Source: an uncultured Spirochaetia bacterium
GTDB lineage: Bacteria; Spirochaetota; Spirochaetia; SZUA-6; Bin103
Reading direction: 5' to 3'
DNA: 64,000 nt
Assembly (NCBI GenBank): GCA_958296075.1
Contig: CATQHW010000001.1
Span: forward strand, 913,752-977,751
In this document: piece after piece, positions 8,561 to 19,562 of the stretch
Layout: each line of letters starts with the position of its first letter
Numbering within the stretch: position 1 is the first letter of the stretch
Made by a program: the position numbers and the translations under genes
Notes under the pieces: generated by a model
What the model saw: the letters and a program-made list of their open reading frames with translations, nothing else
What the model was told of the DNA's origin: nothing
Database searches by the model: none

Positions 8561-10053
8561 CCGTCTCCTGCGCCGCCGCCGGCGATCTCCAGGTCGGCGC
8601 TGAGCAGGTCGAGTTGCGCGTCGCCGTAGCCCTGCGCCTCGGCCGTGAGCAGGTCGAAGTAGCGGCGTCGGGCCCGTTCGCAGCGAGGATCGTCGGAGTC
8701 GTAGAACCGGTTATCGAGCTCGCCCGGGTCGGCGCGCAGGTCGTACAGCTCGCAACGGTCGGTCAGGTTCCACACCAGCTTCCAGTCCCCGTCGGTCACC
8801 ATGCGCGACGAGTAGTGACCGTACCAGTCGCCGTGATATTGCGCGAAATGGACCGGACGGCGCCACGGCGCGCGCCCGCGCGCGAAGTCGACCAGCGATT
8901 CGCCGTGCAGCGGTCCCGAGCCGAAGGTGGAGACCGGCCGCCCGGCGATCAGATGCGCGGCGGTCGCGGTCACGTCGGTCAGGTTGACCGGCTCGCGCTC
9001 GGCGCGGCGGGGCGCGGCGCCGGGGACGCGCAGCAACATCGGCACGCGGTATATCTCGTCGTACATGTAGGCGCCCTTGCTGGCGAAGCCGTGCGATCCG
9101 GCCATGTCGCCGTGGTCGGCGGTAAAGACGATCGCGGTCCGCTCGTACAGGCCCAGCTCGCGCAACCGGGCGATCAGCCGCCCGACCAGATGGTCGATCA
9201 GCTCGACGTAGGAGAAGTTGCAGGCGAGCGCGCGGCGCAGCTCGCCGTCGGTTCGCCGGCGGCCGGCGCCGCCGGGGAGCGCCTCCAGCGCGGCGAGCTT
9301 GCGTTGATAGATCGGCTTGCCGGCGAAGTCGTCGAAGCGGTTGGGCCACAGCGGGATGTCGTCCGGATCGTAGCGCAGCCCGAACTCCTCCGGCACCAGC
9401 CACGGGCCGTGCGGCCCGGGAAAGGCGCAGAACAGCAGGAACGGCCGGTCGGGGTCGCGGCGGCCCAGGAAGTCGCACGCGTAGCGGGCGGCGACGCCGT
9501 CCGGGAACTGGTCGACCGGCACGCCCACGGTGCCGGAATGCCGCGGCTCGACGGTCCGCACCATCGGCCAGTAGTCGGCCGACGGGTGCCACTGCGTGTC
9601 GGCCAGGAACGGCGGCTCCGGTCCCTCCTGCGTGCCCGGCCGCTGCGTGTGCTCGAACGCGCCGGCGAACAGGTCGGCGGCCGGCCCGACGTGCCACTTG
9701 CCGAAGTAGGCGGTCTGGCAAGCGGTCCCCGCGGTGGCCCAGTCCTGGATGGCGCGCACCTGCGGCGGCAGGTGCCGGCAGTAGGAGTAGTCGGGGGTCG
9801 TGTTGTTGAACACGTGATGGCCGTGCGGATACCGGCCGGTCAGCAGGCTGGCGCGCGCCGGTGAGCAGATCGCCACCGGCGTGTAGCCGCGGTCGAAGAC
9901 GACCGACTCGGCCGCCAGCGCGTCGATATTGGGCGTGCGGACGAGCCGATTGCCATAGCAGCCGAGCAGGTCGCGACGAAGCTGGTCACAGAACATCACC
10001 AGCACGTTGGTGGCCACGTCGGTCGCGCTCATCGCCGCAATCATAGCGCGCAT
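8554..10053 (-). CDS. sulfatase (formylglycine, Cys-type)
   Basis: CSPARASLLTGRYPHGH (C-x-P-x-R) signature about 70 aa from the N-terminus. Alternative ATG start at 10032. Confidence 0.9.
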   Translation of the reverse strand: MRAMIAAMSATDVATNVLVMFCDQLRRDLLGCYGNRLVRTPNIDALAAESVVFDRGYTPVAICSPARASLLTGRYPHGHHVFNNTTPDYSYCRHLPPQVRAIQDWATAGTACQTAYFGKWHVGPAADLFAGAFEHTQRPGTQEGPEPPFLADTQWHPSADYWPMVRTVEPRHSGTVGVPVDQFPDGVAARYACDFLGRRDPDRPFLLFCAFPGPHGPWLVPEEFGLRYDPDDIPLWPNRFDDFAGKPIYQRKLAALEALPGGAGRRRTDGELRRALACNFSYVELIDHLVGRLIARLRELGLYERTAIVFTADHGDMAGSHGFASKGAYMYDEIYRVPMLLRVPGAAPRRAEREPVNLTDVTATAAHLIAGRPVSTFGSGPLHGESLVDFARGRAPWRRPVHFAQYHGDWYGHYSSRMVTDGDWKLVWNLTDRCELYDLRADPGELDNRFYDSDDPRCERARRRYFDLLTAEAQGYGDAQLDLLSADLEIAGGGAGDGW

Positions 10054-10115
10054 CGCCGCGGACCTGACGGCCGAGCCGCCGGAGGGGTAGCCTTGCGCGG
10101 CGGAGGCGAAGCGGC

Positions 10116-10856
10116 ATGGGACGTGATCACGACGGCAGAGTCGCGCTGGTGACCGGCGCGGCGCAGGGCATGGGGGCGGCGTGCGCGCGGCGGCTGGCGG
10201 CCGGCGGCGCTGCGGTGGTGCTGTTCGACCGGCAGGCGGCTCCCCTGCAACGGCTCGCCACCGAGCTGGACGGCCTGCCGTGCCCCGGCGACGTGACCAG
10301 CGCCGCCGACGTGGACCGGGCGGTGGCCGCCGCGGTCGAGCGCTGCGGGCGGCTCGACATCCTGGTCAACGCCGCCGGCATCATGCTGCGCACCCGGTTC
10401 TTCGATCTGGAGGAGGACGAGTTCGACCGCGTGGTGGCGGTCAGCCTCAAGGGGTCGTTCCTGACCAGCAAGGCGGCGGCGGAGCCGATGCGCCGGAACG
10501 GCTACGGCCGCATCGTCCACTTCTCCTCTACCGCCGGCCGCACCGTAAGCACCCTGGGTGGCTGCCACTACACCGCCGCCAAGCACGCGGTGCTGGGGCT
10601 GACGCGCGCGCTGGCCAAGGAGCTGGCGCCGCACGGCATCACCGTCAACGCGGTCTGCCCGGGGCTCATCGACACGGAGATGGTGCGCGGCACCGTCGCG
10701 CCGGAACGGATCGCCGAGTACAAGGAGAAGTTCCCGGTCTCCCGGCTGGGCGCGCCGCAGGAGGTCGCCGAGGCGGTGGCGTTCCTGACCGGCGAGCACG
10801 CCGGCTACGTCACCGGCGCCCCGCTCGACATCAACGGCGGCGACTTCATGGGCTGA
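10116..10856 (+). CDS. SDR family oxidoreductase (FabG-like)
   Basis: TGAAQGMG cofactor motif and YTAAKHAV (YxxxK) catalytic motif. GGAGG SD upstream. Confidence 0.9.
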   Translation: MGRDHDGRVALVTGAAQGMGAACARRLAAGGAAVVLFDRQAAPLQRLATELDGLPCPGDVTSAADVDRAVAAAVERCGRLDILVNAAGIMLRTRFFDLEEDEFDRVVAVSLKGSFLTSKAAAEPMRRNGYGRIVHFSSTAGRTVSTLGGCHYTAAKHAVLGLTRALAKELAPHGITVNAVCPGLIDTEMVRGTVAPERIAEYKEKFPVSRLGAPQEVAEAVAFLTGEHAGYVTGAPLDINGGDFMG

Positions 10857-10897
10857 GCGCCGGTCACGCCGGCGCGCGCTGGCGTATACTGCGCGCC

Positions 10898-11743
10898 ATG
10901 TTGAGCGATTCCCAAGTTCGAGAGTTCCACGAGCAGGGCTTCGTCCTGGGTGACCGCGTGTCCACCGATACGGAGGTGGACGAGCTGCGCAGCGAGTTGG
11001 AACGCGTCCTGACCGCCACCGACTTCCCGGACGGCCGCCGCCCGGTGCGCTGCGTCGACCTGTCGCAGACCGAAGGTCGGCCCGTGTGGCAGATCGTCAA
11101 CATCTGGCAGGCGAGCGAGGCGTTTTCCCGTCTGGCCCGCCGCCAGTCGATCGTCACCGACGTGGCCCGCCTGACCGGCGCGAAGGAGCTGCGCATCTGG
11201 CACGACCAGGTGCAGTACAAGCCCAAGGACGTCGGCGGCACCACTTCCTGGCACCAGGACTCGCCCGCATGGCCGGTGCTCACGCCGCCCGTGCAAGTGT
11301 CGGCGTGGGTGGCCCTGGACGACGTGGATCGGGGCAACGGCTGCATGTGGATGGTCGCCGGCTCGCACCGGTGGGGAGCTGCCAGCGATCTCCTGCGGGA
11401 GATGCGCGACGCCTCGGTGCTGCCGGCCGAGTACGCCGGCCACACGCTCCGGCAGGTGCCGCGCCCGGTGCCCAAGGGACACGTGCACTTCCACCACGGC
11501 CTGACGTGGCATGCCTCGTTCCCCAACACCACCGGCCGGCCGCGGCGTGCCATCGCCGTCCACTACATGCCGGAGACCACGCGCTACGTGGCTGCCAACG
11601 ACCACACGATGAAACCGTACATCACGGTTGCCGACGGCCAGCAGATGTCCGGTCCGGACTTCCCGCGGGTCTACCCGGCCGGCGCCGCCGAGCCGGACGC
11701 CGCCGCGGCGGCCTCACCTGACTCAAAACGGAGCGACCCATGA
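10898..11743 (+). CDS. phytanoyl-CoA dioxygenase (PhyH) family Fe(II)/2OG oxygenase
   Basis: MLSDSQVREFHEQGFV start, WHQDSPAW (HxD) and a distal HHGLTWHAS histidine. ATG at 10898 is in frame with the long ORF 10181..11743. Confidence 0.85.
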   Translation: MLSDSQVREFHEQGFVLGDRVSTDTEVDELRSELERVLTATDFPDGRRPVRCVDLSQTEGRPVWQIVNIWQASEAFSRLARRQSIVTDVARLTGAKELRIWHDQVQYKPKDVGGTTSWHQDSPAWPVLTPPVQVSAWVALDDVDRGNGCMWMVAGSHRWGAASDLLREMRDASVLPAEYAGHTLRQVPRPVPKGHVHFHHGLTWHASFPNTTGRPRRAIAVHYMPETTRYVAANDHTMKPYITVADGQQMSGPDFPRVYPAGAAEPDAAAAASPDSKRSDP

Positions 11744-13302
11744 AACGACGCATGAACGGCGGCCAGGCGCTGGTGCGCTCGCTGGCCGCGCAGGGGGTGG
11801 CGGTCACCTTCGGCGTGCCGGGCGCCGGCCAGTACGAGGCGGTCGACGCCTACTTCGACACCGACGGCATCCGCTACGTCTCCTGCCGCAACGAGCAACC
11901 GACGTCCCACATGGCCGACGGCTACGCGCGCGCCAGCAACCGGCCGGCCAGCGCGCTGGTGGTGCCGGGCGCGGGTCTGTTCAACGCTTCCGGCGGCGTA
12001 TCCACCGCGCTGCGATCATCCTCGCCCATCATCGTCATCAGCGGGGCGCCCGAGGATCGGATCAAGGGCGCGGCCGGCACACACTGGCTGGAGCCGATCA
12101 CCAAGTGGTCGGCGCGGGCGGCCAGTCCGGCCGAGGTGGCGGCCAAGGTGCCGGAGGCGGTCCGCGCGGCCTGCTCCGGCCACCCGCGGCCGGTCTACCT
12201 GCAAGTGCCGGCCGCGGTGCTGGCGCAGGAGGAGGAGGTCGAGATCGCCCCGGCGATCGCGATCGAGCCTCCCGCCGGCGACGCGGGCGCGCTGGAGCGC
12301 GCCGCCGCGATGCTCTCCGGCGCCGAGCGGCCGCTGATCCTGGCCGGCACCGGCGTGCACCGCTCCGGCGCCTCGGCGGCGCTGGCCGCGTTGGCGGAAC
12401 GGCTGCCGGCGCCGGTGGCGACCACCACCGCCGGCAAGGGCGGCATCTCCGACCGCAGCCCGCTGGCGCTGGGTCAGGCGCTGGCGGCGTACGCGCCGCT
12501 GGTGGAGTTCGCGCAGTCGCGCGACGTCGTGCTGGCCGTCGGCACCCAGGCCGGTCCGGCCGGGCTGCTCGGAGTCGATCCGTCGCGCGTGATCCGCATC
12601 GATCTGGACGCCGACGCGCTGGCCGCCGGCCAGGCGCTCATCATCGAGGCGGACGCCCGCCGCGCCCTGGAGGCGCTGGCCGAGCTGGTGCGTCCGGGCC
12701 GCGCGGAGGATCCCGCGGCGGCGGTCGCCGCGCTCAACGCCATTCGCTTCGGGGACGCCGAGCAGCTTCAGCCGCAGCGCTCCTATATCGAGGCGCTGCG
12801 GGCGGCCATCCCGGACGACGGCATCCTGGCCTACGGCATGAACCAGATGGGCTACTACAGCCGCAACTATTACCGGGTGTACGCCCCCGACACCTACTTC
12901 GACCCGCGCGGCAATCTGGGCGCGGCGCTGCCGATCGCCATGGGGGCCAAGGTGGCGCGGCCGGACACGCCGGTGGTCGCCTGCTGCGGGGACGGCGGCG
13001 TCATGTACCACATCCAGGAGCTGGCCACGGCGGTGCTGCACGACATCGCCGTGACCGTGGTGGTATTCAACGACGACGCCTACGGCAACGTGAAGCGTTC
13101 CCAGCAGGAGGACTTCGGCGGCCGCCTGGTGGGCGTCGACCTGCGCAACCCGGACTTCATCCGGCTGAGCGAGTCGTTCGGGGTGCGCGGTGCGCGGGCG
13201 CACGACGCGGCGGCGCTGCGCCGGGAGCTGGAGCGCGCCTTCGCGGGCAGCGAGCCGGTGCTGATCGAGGTGCCGGTCGGCGAGTTGGAGCGGGTCTATT
13301 GA
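11740..13302 (+). CDS. thiamine-pyrophosphate-binding enzyme (acetolactate synthase large subunit-like)
   Basis: GDGGVMY...VVFNDDAYG TPP-binding motif and typical N-terminus NGGQALVRSLAAQGV. ATGA overlap with the previous gene. Confidence 0.9.
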   Translation: MKRRMNGGQALVRSLAAQGVAVTFGVPGAGQYEAVDAYFDTDGIRYVSCRNEQPTSHMADGYARASNRPASALVVPGAGLFNASGGVSTALRSSSPIIVISGAPEDRIKGAAGTHWLEPITKWSARAASPAEVAAKVPEAVRAACSGHPRPVYLQVPAAVLAQEEEVEIAPAIAIEPPAGDAGALERAAAMLSGAERPLILAGTGVHRSGASAALAALAERLPAPVATTTAGKGGISDRSPLALGQALAAYAPLVEFAQSRDVVLAVGTQAGPAGLLGVDPSRVIRIDLDADALAAGQALIIEADARRALEALAELVRPGRAEDPAAAVAALNAIRFGDAEQLQPQRSYIEALRAAIPDDGILAYGMNQMGYYSRNYYRVYAPDTYFDPRGNLGAALPIAMGAKVARPDTPVVACCGDGGVMYHIQELATAVLHDIAVTVVVFNDDAYGNVKRSQQEDFGGRLVGVDLRNPDFIRLSESFGVRGARAHDAAALRRELERAFAGSEPVLIEVPVGELERVY

Positions 13303-14408
13303 ACCGCCCGACCAATTACGCGGACCTCGGCGTGCGGCCGTTCATCAACTGCCGCGGCAACGGCACCGCGTCCGGCGGCAGCCTCATGCCGGAGCCGGTA
13401 CTGGAGGCGATGCGTCAGGCGGCCGGCAGCTTCGTGGCGTTGGAGACGCTGCAGGAACGGATCGGCGAGCGGCTCGCCCGGCGCATCGGCGTGGAGGGGG
13501 CACTGGTCACCTGCGGGGCCGCCAGCGGCGTGCAGCAGGCGGCGGCAGCGTGCCTGACCGGCACGGACGCCGAGCGGGTGCAGCGGCTGCCATACACCGA
13601 GGGGTGGCGCAACCGGTTCGTGATCCCGCAGGTGGACGCGCATGATTACCTCTTCCAGGTGATCGCCGCGGTCGGGGGCGCGCTGGTCAAGGTCGGCAGC
13701 AAGGAGTCGTGTCCGACCGCCGCGATCGAGGCGGCGCTCGACGACGACACGGCGGCGGTCGTCCACTACCTGGGCAAGCAGACGCTGGCGCAGCTCGCCG
13801 AGGTGGTGGCGGTGGCCGAGCCGCGTGGCATACCGGTGATCGTCGACGCGGCGGCGCAGCTTCCGCCGCGATCCAACCTGACCGAGCCGGCGCGGCTGGG
13901 TGCGGGTCTGGTGGTCTTCTCCGGCGGCAAGGGGCTGCGCGGGCCGCAGTCGAGCGGCTTGGTGGTCGGCAAGGAGGAGCTGATCCGGGCGGCGCGCATG
14001 AACGGCTCGCCGGCCAGCTCGGTCGGCCGCGGCATGAAGGTCGGCAAGGAGGAGCTGATGGGCCTGCTCGCCGCCGTGGAGTTGTTCCTGGCCGGCAGCG
14101 ACGAAGAGGATTACCGCCGGTGGCGCGCCGACGCCGAGCTTATCGCCGTGGCGCTGCATGGCATCGACGGCGTTCGCGCCACGATCGACGACGGTGACGA
14201 GCTGTTCTTCCCCGGCGGCGTACCGCGCGTGCGCATCGAGCTCCTGGGCGACTGCAAAGCGGATGCCTACGGCCAGCCCCTCCGTGACGGCGATCCCAGC
14301 ATCCACCTGGGTAGCTGGGACCGCGGCATGTTCGTCGACCCCATGACCCTGCAACCCGGCGAAGCCCGACAGGTCGCCCACCGCCTCCGCGAAGTGCTCA
14401 CCGCGTAG
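13299..14408 (+). CDS. SelA-like PLP-dependent enzyme (DgaE/selenocysteine synthase family-like)
   Basis: FSGGKGLRGPQSSGLVVG resembles the SelA-family PLP-lysine block SGDKLLGGPQ. A TTG at 13299 overlaps the upstream stop. The start is uncertain (an internal ATG lies ~30 codons in). Confidence 0.65.
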   Translation: MNRPTNYADLGVRPFINCRGNGTASGGSLMPEPVLEAMRQAAGSFVALETLQERIGERLARRIGVEGALVTCGAASGVQQAAAACLTGTDAERVQRLPYTEGWRNRFVIPQVDAHDYLFQVIAAVGGALVKVGSKESCPTAAIEAALDDDTAAVVHYLGKQTLAQLAEVVAVAEPRGIPVIVDAAAQLPPRSNLTEPARLGAGLVVFSGGKGLRGPQSSGLVVGKEELIRAARMNGSPASSVGRGMKVGKEELMGLLAAVELFLAGSDEEDYRRWRADAELIAVALHGIDGVRATIDDGDELFFPGGVPRVRIELLGDCKADAYGQPLRDGDPSIHLGSWDRGMFVDPMTLQPGEARQVAHRLREVLTA

Positions 14409-14493
14409 AATCGCCGCCTGACTGTGTTGGGCACCAGCTTCGCTGCTTCATGGGGCTCACCGTGCCTCTGTTCGAGCCTTCCCGACCGTGGTT

Positions 14494-14804
14494 TCAAAGC
14501 TGAATCTTGAGGCGGGTACCGGTAGCCTGGGCAAACCGCATCAGCGTTGTCGTAGATGGACGCGTGCGCCCACCCTCCAGCCGAGCAATCGCCGATTGCG
14601 TCGTGTTCATACGCTTGGCGAGCTGCTCCTGCGTGAGTCCCGCCCCTTGCGAGCCAGAATAGCCGCGCGCGCTATTTCGAACTCCGAAACGAGTTCTTCA
14701 TAGGCGGTCCGGTATTCCGGATCGATGCTCCACTTCTCGTGAAGACTAGCTACGCTACTCCCGCCTTCTCGCTCGTTTATCAAGGGTTTGGCAGTCCAAG
14801 CCAT
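14494..14804 (-). pseudogene. XRE-family HTH (antitoxin-like) gene with homopolymer frameshift
   Basis: ORF 14607..14804 reads ...EYRTAYEELVSEFEIARAAILARKG. The HTH continues in another frame as AGLTQEQLAKRMNTTQSAIARLEGGRTRPSTTTLMRFAQATGTRLKIQL*. The shift sits in a G-run (aaggggcggga) at ~14640. Confidence 0.6.
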
Positions 14805-14955
14805 GCCTGCCTACATTATACCATTACTGCTATGACGTCAGAGGCCGTAGCGGCACCTCGTCAAGAGCGCGCGCGTGAATGCCGCACGGTCTCCCGGCGT
14901 ATGGCCCCCCCTCCCCAGCCGGTCAGAACGCGCATCCGGGACCTCGACTCCTAAG

Positions 14956-15417
14956 ATGACTGACGACCCCGTTGCCGCGATCCTCGCCCGGATCGAAGGC
15001 GCCCCGGACCTGTATCACCGGCTGATCCTGGTCGTCGGTCCCGGTGGGTCCGGGAAGACCGCGGCGCTGCGGGCGGTCGCGCAGAGCACCGGCGCTCCGG
15101 TACTGAATCTCAGCCTGGAGCTGTCCCGCCGGCTGCTCGACCTCACCGCGCGGCAGCGCGCGCTGGATACGCCCCGCGTGCTGGACGACCTGATCCGACG
15201 CGACCGGTCGCCGGTCCTGCTGGACGACACCGAGCTGCTGTTCGAGCCTGCCCTCCGCCTCGACCCCCTGGCGCTGCTGCAGCGCGCGTCGCGCGACCGC
15301 ACGATCGTGGCGGCCTGGAACGGCGCGCTCGACGACCGCTACCTGACCTGCGCCGAGCCCGGCCATCCCGAGTACCGCCGCTACCCGCGCGACGGTCTGG
15401 CGATCGTCTCCCCATAG
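14956..15417 (+). CDS. brxF: BREX type 3 P-loop protein BrxF-like
   Basis: 153 aa with Walker A VVGPGGSGKT and Walker B-like VLLDDTELLF. It lies immediately upstream of the large ATPase, as in type 3 BREX. Confidence 0.65.
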   Translation: MTDDPVAAILARIEGAPDLYHRLILVVGPGGSGKTAALRAVAQSTGAPVLNLSLELSRRLLDLTARQRALDTPRVLDDLIRRDRSPVLLDDTELLFEPALRLDPLALLQRASRDRTIVAAWNGALDDRYLTCAEPGHPEYRRYPRDGLAIVSP

Positions 15418-15445
15418 GCGGTAACCTGAAGGCAGACAACGCACG

Positions 15446-18400
15446 ATGACGTACCGCGACCTGATCCAGTTCGAGCCGATCGAGACGGTGGTGCAGTTGC
15501 GCGATGCCGATCACGAGTCGGCCGCCCACCGGTTGGTGGCCACCTACGTGGTGAGCGACGAGATGGCGGAGAAGCTCACCGCCGTCCTGATCCCGCAGCT
15601 CCGGTTCGACCGGCCGGCCGACAACAAGGGCTTCCTGGTGGTGGGCAACTACGGCACCGGCAAGTCCCACCTGATGTCGGTCATCTCCGCGGTGGCCGAG
15701 CGCGGCGAGCTGGTCGAGGCGCTCACCAACCGGGACCTGGCCGCCGCGGCGCGCCCAATCGCCGGGCAGTTCAAGGTCGCCCGCACCGAACTGGGCGCCA
15801 CGACGATGGACTTCCGCGACTTCGTCTGCTCGCAGATCGAAGCAGCGCTCGCCTCCTGGGGCGTCGAATTCCGGTTCCCGCCCACGGACACGATCCCGAA
15901 CCACAAAGGCGCTTTCGAGGAAATGATGACGGCGTTCCACCGGCGGTACCCGGACCAGGGGCTGCTGCTGGTGGTGGACGAGCTGCTCGACTACCTGAAG
16001 AGCCGCCGGGACCAGGAGCTGGTCCTGGACCTGAACTTCCTGCGCGAGGTCGGCGAAATCTGCAAGGACCTCCGCTTCCGCTTCGTCGCCGGGGTGCAGG
16101 AAGCGATCTTCGACAGCCACCGGTTCGCCCACGTGGCCGGCAGCCTGCGCCGCGTCAAGGACCGCTTCGATCAGCTCCGCATCGCCCGAACCGACGTGAA
16201 GTTCGTCGTCGCCGAACGCCTCCTCAAGAAGAACGGGCATCAACAGACGCAGATCCGCGACTACCTGACGCCGTTCACCCGGTTCTATGGCAACATGAAC
16301 GAGCGCCTGGACGAATTCGTACGGCTGTTCCCCGTCCACCCCGACTTCATCGACACCTTCGAGCGGATCACGGTGATCGAGAAACGCGAGGTGCTGAAGG
16401 CGCTCTCCGTCGCCATGAAGGGGATCATCGACGAGGCGCTCCCGGCCGACCGCCCCGGTCTGATCGCCTATGACGCCTACTGGAACACGCTGCGCGACAA
16501 CCCGGTCTTCCGCGCCGACCCCGACATCAAGGCGGTGATCGATTGCAGCCAGGTGCTGGAGGCGCGCATCCGGCAGGCGTTCACCCGCCCGACGTACCGG
16601 CCGGTGGCGCTGCGGGTCATCCACGGCCTGTCGGTGCACCGCCTGACGCACCAGGACATTCACGCGCCGCTCGGCGCCACCGCGGAGGAGCTTCGCGACG
16701 GCCTGTGCCTCTACCAGCCGGGGATCGAGGACCTCGGCGGCGAGCCGGCCGACGACCTGCTCACGCAGGTGGAGACGGTCCTGCGCGAGATACGGCGGAC
16801 GGTGAGCGGCCAGTTCATCTCCGCCAGTCCCGACAACGGCCAGCACTATCTCGACCTCAAGAAGACCGACGACTACGACGCCTTGATCGAGCAGCGCGCC
16901 GAGACGCTCGACCACGCGCAGCTCGACCGCTACTACTACGACGCGCTCAGGCGGGTGCTGGAATGCACCGACGCGACCTACGTCACCGGCTACCAGATCT
17001 GGGAGCATGAGCTGGAGTGGCGCGAGCGCCGCGCGGCGCGGCGCGGCTACCTCTTCTTCGGGGCCCCCAACGAGCGCTCCACCGCGATCCCGCCGCGGGA
17101 TTTCTACCTGTACTTCATTCAGCCGCATGACCCGCCGCCCCACCAGGACCGGAAGCAGCCGGACGAGGTGTTCTTTCGGCTCACCGGTCAGGACGACGCC
17201 CTCCGGCACGCGCTCAAGAGCTGCGCCGCGGCCCTCGACCTGGCGTCCCGTGCGTCAGGACACGCGAAGGAAGCCTACGACGGGAGAGCGCGCGGCTTCC
17301 TGCAGGACCTGACGAACTGGCTGCAGGAGCGGATGACCGCGGCGTTCGAGGTCACCTACCGGGGACGGACGAAGCCGCTCATGGGATGGGTCCGGGGCGC
17401 GCTCACCGGAACCGGCGCGCGCGCCAACGTGCGCGACATCGTGAACGCCGTCGGTTCCGTCGCCCTGGCCGCCCACTTCGAGAACGAGGCGCCGCACTAC
17501 CCCGCCTTCGCCGATTACCACACCGCGGCGAGTCGGCCGCAAGCCGTGCGCGACGCGCTGCGGTGGATCGCCGGTGACGCGAAGACGCAGCAAGGCGCGA
17601 AGGTCCTCGACGCCCTGGAGCTGCTGGACGGGGACCGGCTCGACCCCGGCCGCTCGAAGTACGCCCGGCACGTCGTCGAGACGCTGCGCGACAAAGGTAT
17701 GGGACAGGTCCTCAACCGCGCCGAACTCATCCGCACGATCCAGGATGTCGAGTACTTGGCGCCCGATACGTACCGCCTGGAGCCCGAGTGGGTAGTCGTG
17801 CTGCTGGCCGCCCTGGTCTACTCCGGCGACCTGGTCCTGGCCATCGCCGGCAAGAAGCTCGACGCCACGGACGCCGCCGTGCTCGCGGCCACGCCGCTCG
17901 ACGAACTCGCCAACTTCAAGCACGTCGAGCGCCCCAAGGAGTGGAACGTCCCGGCGCTGCGCGCGGTGTTCGAGCTCCTGGGTCTGACCCCCGGCATGGC
18001 GCAGCTCGTGGCGCAGGGCAAGGACGAGCCGGTCCAGGAATTGCAGAAAGCGGTAACGGCCTGGGTGAACCGGCTGGTGACCGCGCAGCAGGCGCTCCGG
18101 GAAGGGGTGCACTTCTGGGGCAGGAACCTGCTCGACGACCCTGCCGGCCGCGGTCCGCGCGCCGAGCTGGACGGGACGAAGGCGTTCCTGGAATCGCTGC
18201 AGGCGTTCTCGTCCCCCGGCCGGCTCAAGAACTTCCGGTACGAGCCGCACGAGGTGGAGCGGCAGCGAGCCGGGCTGAACGCCCTGCGGGAGGTGGAGTC
18301 CCTCCGGGAGTTGGCCGCGGCGTTCGCGGGCACGGCGTCCTACCTGTCCGCGGCGGAGGCGGCGCTGCCGAGCGACCATGAGTGGACGGCGCGGATGAAG

Positions 18401-19159
18401 GAGGCTCGCACGGCTCTCCTGGAACAGATCGCCGATCCGGCGGCGCGGGCGCGGCCAGCGTTCCGGCCGGAGACGCAACGGGCGCTGGCCGATCTCAAGG
18501 CGCACTACGTCCGCGCCTACCTGGACCTGCACACGCGAGCCCGGCTCGGCGCCAACGAGGACGCACGCAAGGGCCGGCTCCTCAATGACGATCGCTTGCA
18601 ACAGGTCACGGCGCTGGCGACGATCGACTTGCTGCCCCGGCAGCGCCTGTCCGACTATCAAGATCGCCTCGCCGGCATGAAGACCTGCTTCGGCCTGACC
18701 GAGCACGACCTGAACGACACCGTCGAATGTCCGCACTGCGGCTTCCGCCCGGCCGCCGAATCGATCCCGGCACCCGCCGCCAACGTGCTCTCGGCCCTGG
18801 ACGACGAACTCGACGCCATCCTCGCCGACTGGACGGAGACCCTGTTGACCAACCTCGACGACCCGACCATCAAGGATCAGTTGGCACTGCTCCGGCCGGA
18901 GCAGCGGGAGACCATTCATGGGTTCATCGCATCCCGGACCCTGCCCGACGAACCGGGCCGCGACTTCATCGCCGCCCTCAGCGACGCCCTCTCCGGCCTG
19001 ACCAAGGTCACCGTCACCACCGCGGAACTGCGCGCCGCGCTCCTCTCCGCTGGCTCACCGGCGACCATCGACGACCTGAAGGCCAGCTTCACCGCCTACG
19101 TCGACCAGCAGGCACGCGGCCACGAACCCGCCAAGGTCCGCATCGTCCTGGAACAGTGA
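15446..19159 (+). CDS. brxC: BREX BrxC/PglY-like large P-loop ATPase (DUF6079-like)
   Basis: 1237 aa with Walker [12 protein letters not shown], Walker [12 protein letters not shown] and a C-terminal CPHCGF zinc-ribbon-like element. Position follows brxF. Confidence 0.75.
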   Translation: MTYRDLIQFEPIETVVQLRDADHESAAHRLVATYVVSDEMAEKLTAVLIPQLRFDRPADNKGFLVVGNYGTGKSHLMSVISAVAERGELVEALTNRDLAAAARPIAGQFKVARTELGATTMDFRDFVCSQIEAALASWGVEFRFPPTDTIPNHKGAFEEMMTAFHRRYPDQGLLLVVDELLDYLKSRRDQELVLDLNFLREVGEICKDLRFRFVAGVQEAIFDSHRFAHVAGSLRRVKDRFDQLRIARTDVKFVVAERLLKKNGHQQTQIRDYLTPFTRFYGNMNERLDEFVRLFPVHPDFIDTFERITVIEKREVLKALSVAMKGIIDEALPADRPGLIAYDAYWNTLRDNPVFRADPDIKAVIDCSQVLEARIRQAFTRPTYRPVALRVIHGLSVHRLTHQDIHAPLGATAEELRDGLCLYQPGIEDLGGEPADDLLTQVETVLREIRRTVSGQFISASPDNGQHYLDLKKTDDYDALIEQRAETLDHAQLDRYYYDALRRVLECTDATYVTGYQIWEHELEWRERRAARRGYLFFGAPNERSTAIPPRDFYLYFIQPHDPPPHQDRKQPDEVFFRLTGQDDALRHALKSCAAALDLASRASGHAKEAYDGRARGFLQDLTNWLQERMTAAFEVTYRGRTKPLMGWVRGALTGTGARANVRDIVNAVGSVALAAHFENEAPHYPAFADYHTAASRPQAVRDALRWIAGDAKTQQGAKVLDALELLDGDRLDPGRSKYARHVVETLRDKGMGQVLNRAELIRTIQDVEYLAPDTYRLEPEWVVVLLAALVYSGDLVLAIAGKKLDATDAAVLAATPLDELANFKHVERPKEWNVPALRAVFELLGLTPGMAQLVAQGKDEPVQELQKAVTAWVNRLVTAQQALREGVHFWGRNLLDDPAGRGPRAELDGTKAFLESLQAFSSPGRLKNFRYEPHEVERQRAGLNALREVESLRELAAAFAGTASYLSAAEAALPSDHEWTARMKEARTALLEQIADPAARARPAFRPETQRALADLKAHYVRAYLDLHTRARLGANEDARKGRLLNDDRLQQVTALATIDLLPRQRLSDYQDRLAGMKTCFGLTEHDLNDTVECPHCGFRPAAESIPAPAANVLSALDDELDAILADWTETLLTNLDDPTIKDQLALLRPEQRETIHGFIASRTLPDEPGRDFIAALSDALSGLTKVTVTTAELRAALLSAGSPATIDDLKASFTAYVDQQARGHEPAKVRIVLEQ

Positions 19160-19218
19160 TGGCTGTCACCTACTCCGACCAGGAGATCAAGGACTACAGA
19201 GGATTGAGGAAGCGATAG
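19159..19218 (+). other. 19-codon ORF translationally coupled to brxC (TGATG); possible 5' stub of the gene that originally followed brxC
   Basis: ATG at 19159 overlaps the brxC stop (19157-19159). It encodes [19 protein letters not shown], and composition turns AT-richer from ~19200. Confidence 0.3.
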
Positions 19219-19220
19219 CC

Positions 19221-19562
19221 ATGGGCGTCCGAGCTACGTTTCATGCTCTGCAGGAATGGGAAGGATATGTACTGGAGATACATGGCGACGAGTTCGTTGC
19301 GAGGCTGGTCGATTTGACCGCCGGGTCGTCACATGAAGAGGAAGAAGCGACCATTCCATTGGCAGCAATTTCCGCCGCCGATGCCACCATGTTGCGGGAG
19401 GGCGGTATCTTCCGTTGGGTCATCGGTTACCAACTCGATCCTTCCGGGACGAAAAAACGCGTGTCTCAAATCGTGTTCCGCGATCTTCCCCGGCTCACCG
19501 AACGTGACATGCAACAGCGCCGGGAGTGGGCGCGTGAGACGATACAGGCGCTCAAGCTGTGA
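19221..19562 (+). CDS. hypothetical 113-aa protein
   Basis: GAGGAAG SD 8 nt upstream of the ATG, protein-like composition, no family recognised. Its stop overlaps a GTG (GTGA) that opens only a 44-codon ORF. Confidence 0.5.
   Translation: MGVRATFHALQEWEGYVLEIHGDEFVARLVDLTAGSSHEEEEATIPLAAISAADATMLREGGIFRWVIGYQLDPSGTKKRVSQIVFRDLPRLTERDMQQRREWARETIQALKL

Noticed and set aside
10181-13298. Upstream parts of the long ORFs 10181..11743, 11628..14408, 2511..4103 and 47795..51382.
   Set aside because: Only the distal portions are protein-like. The upstream portions overlap other well-supported genes in different frames, so internal starts were chosen.
15143-18919. 688-aa and 554-aa ORFs on the minus strand opposite brxC (15143..17209, 17255..18919).
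   Set aside because: Shadow frames of the brxC-like gene, with no motifs and extreme R/G/A/P content.
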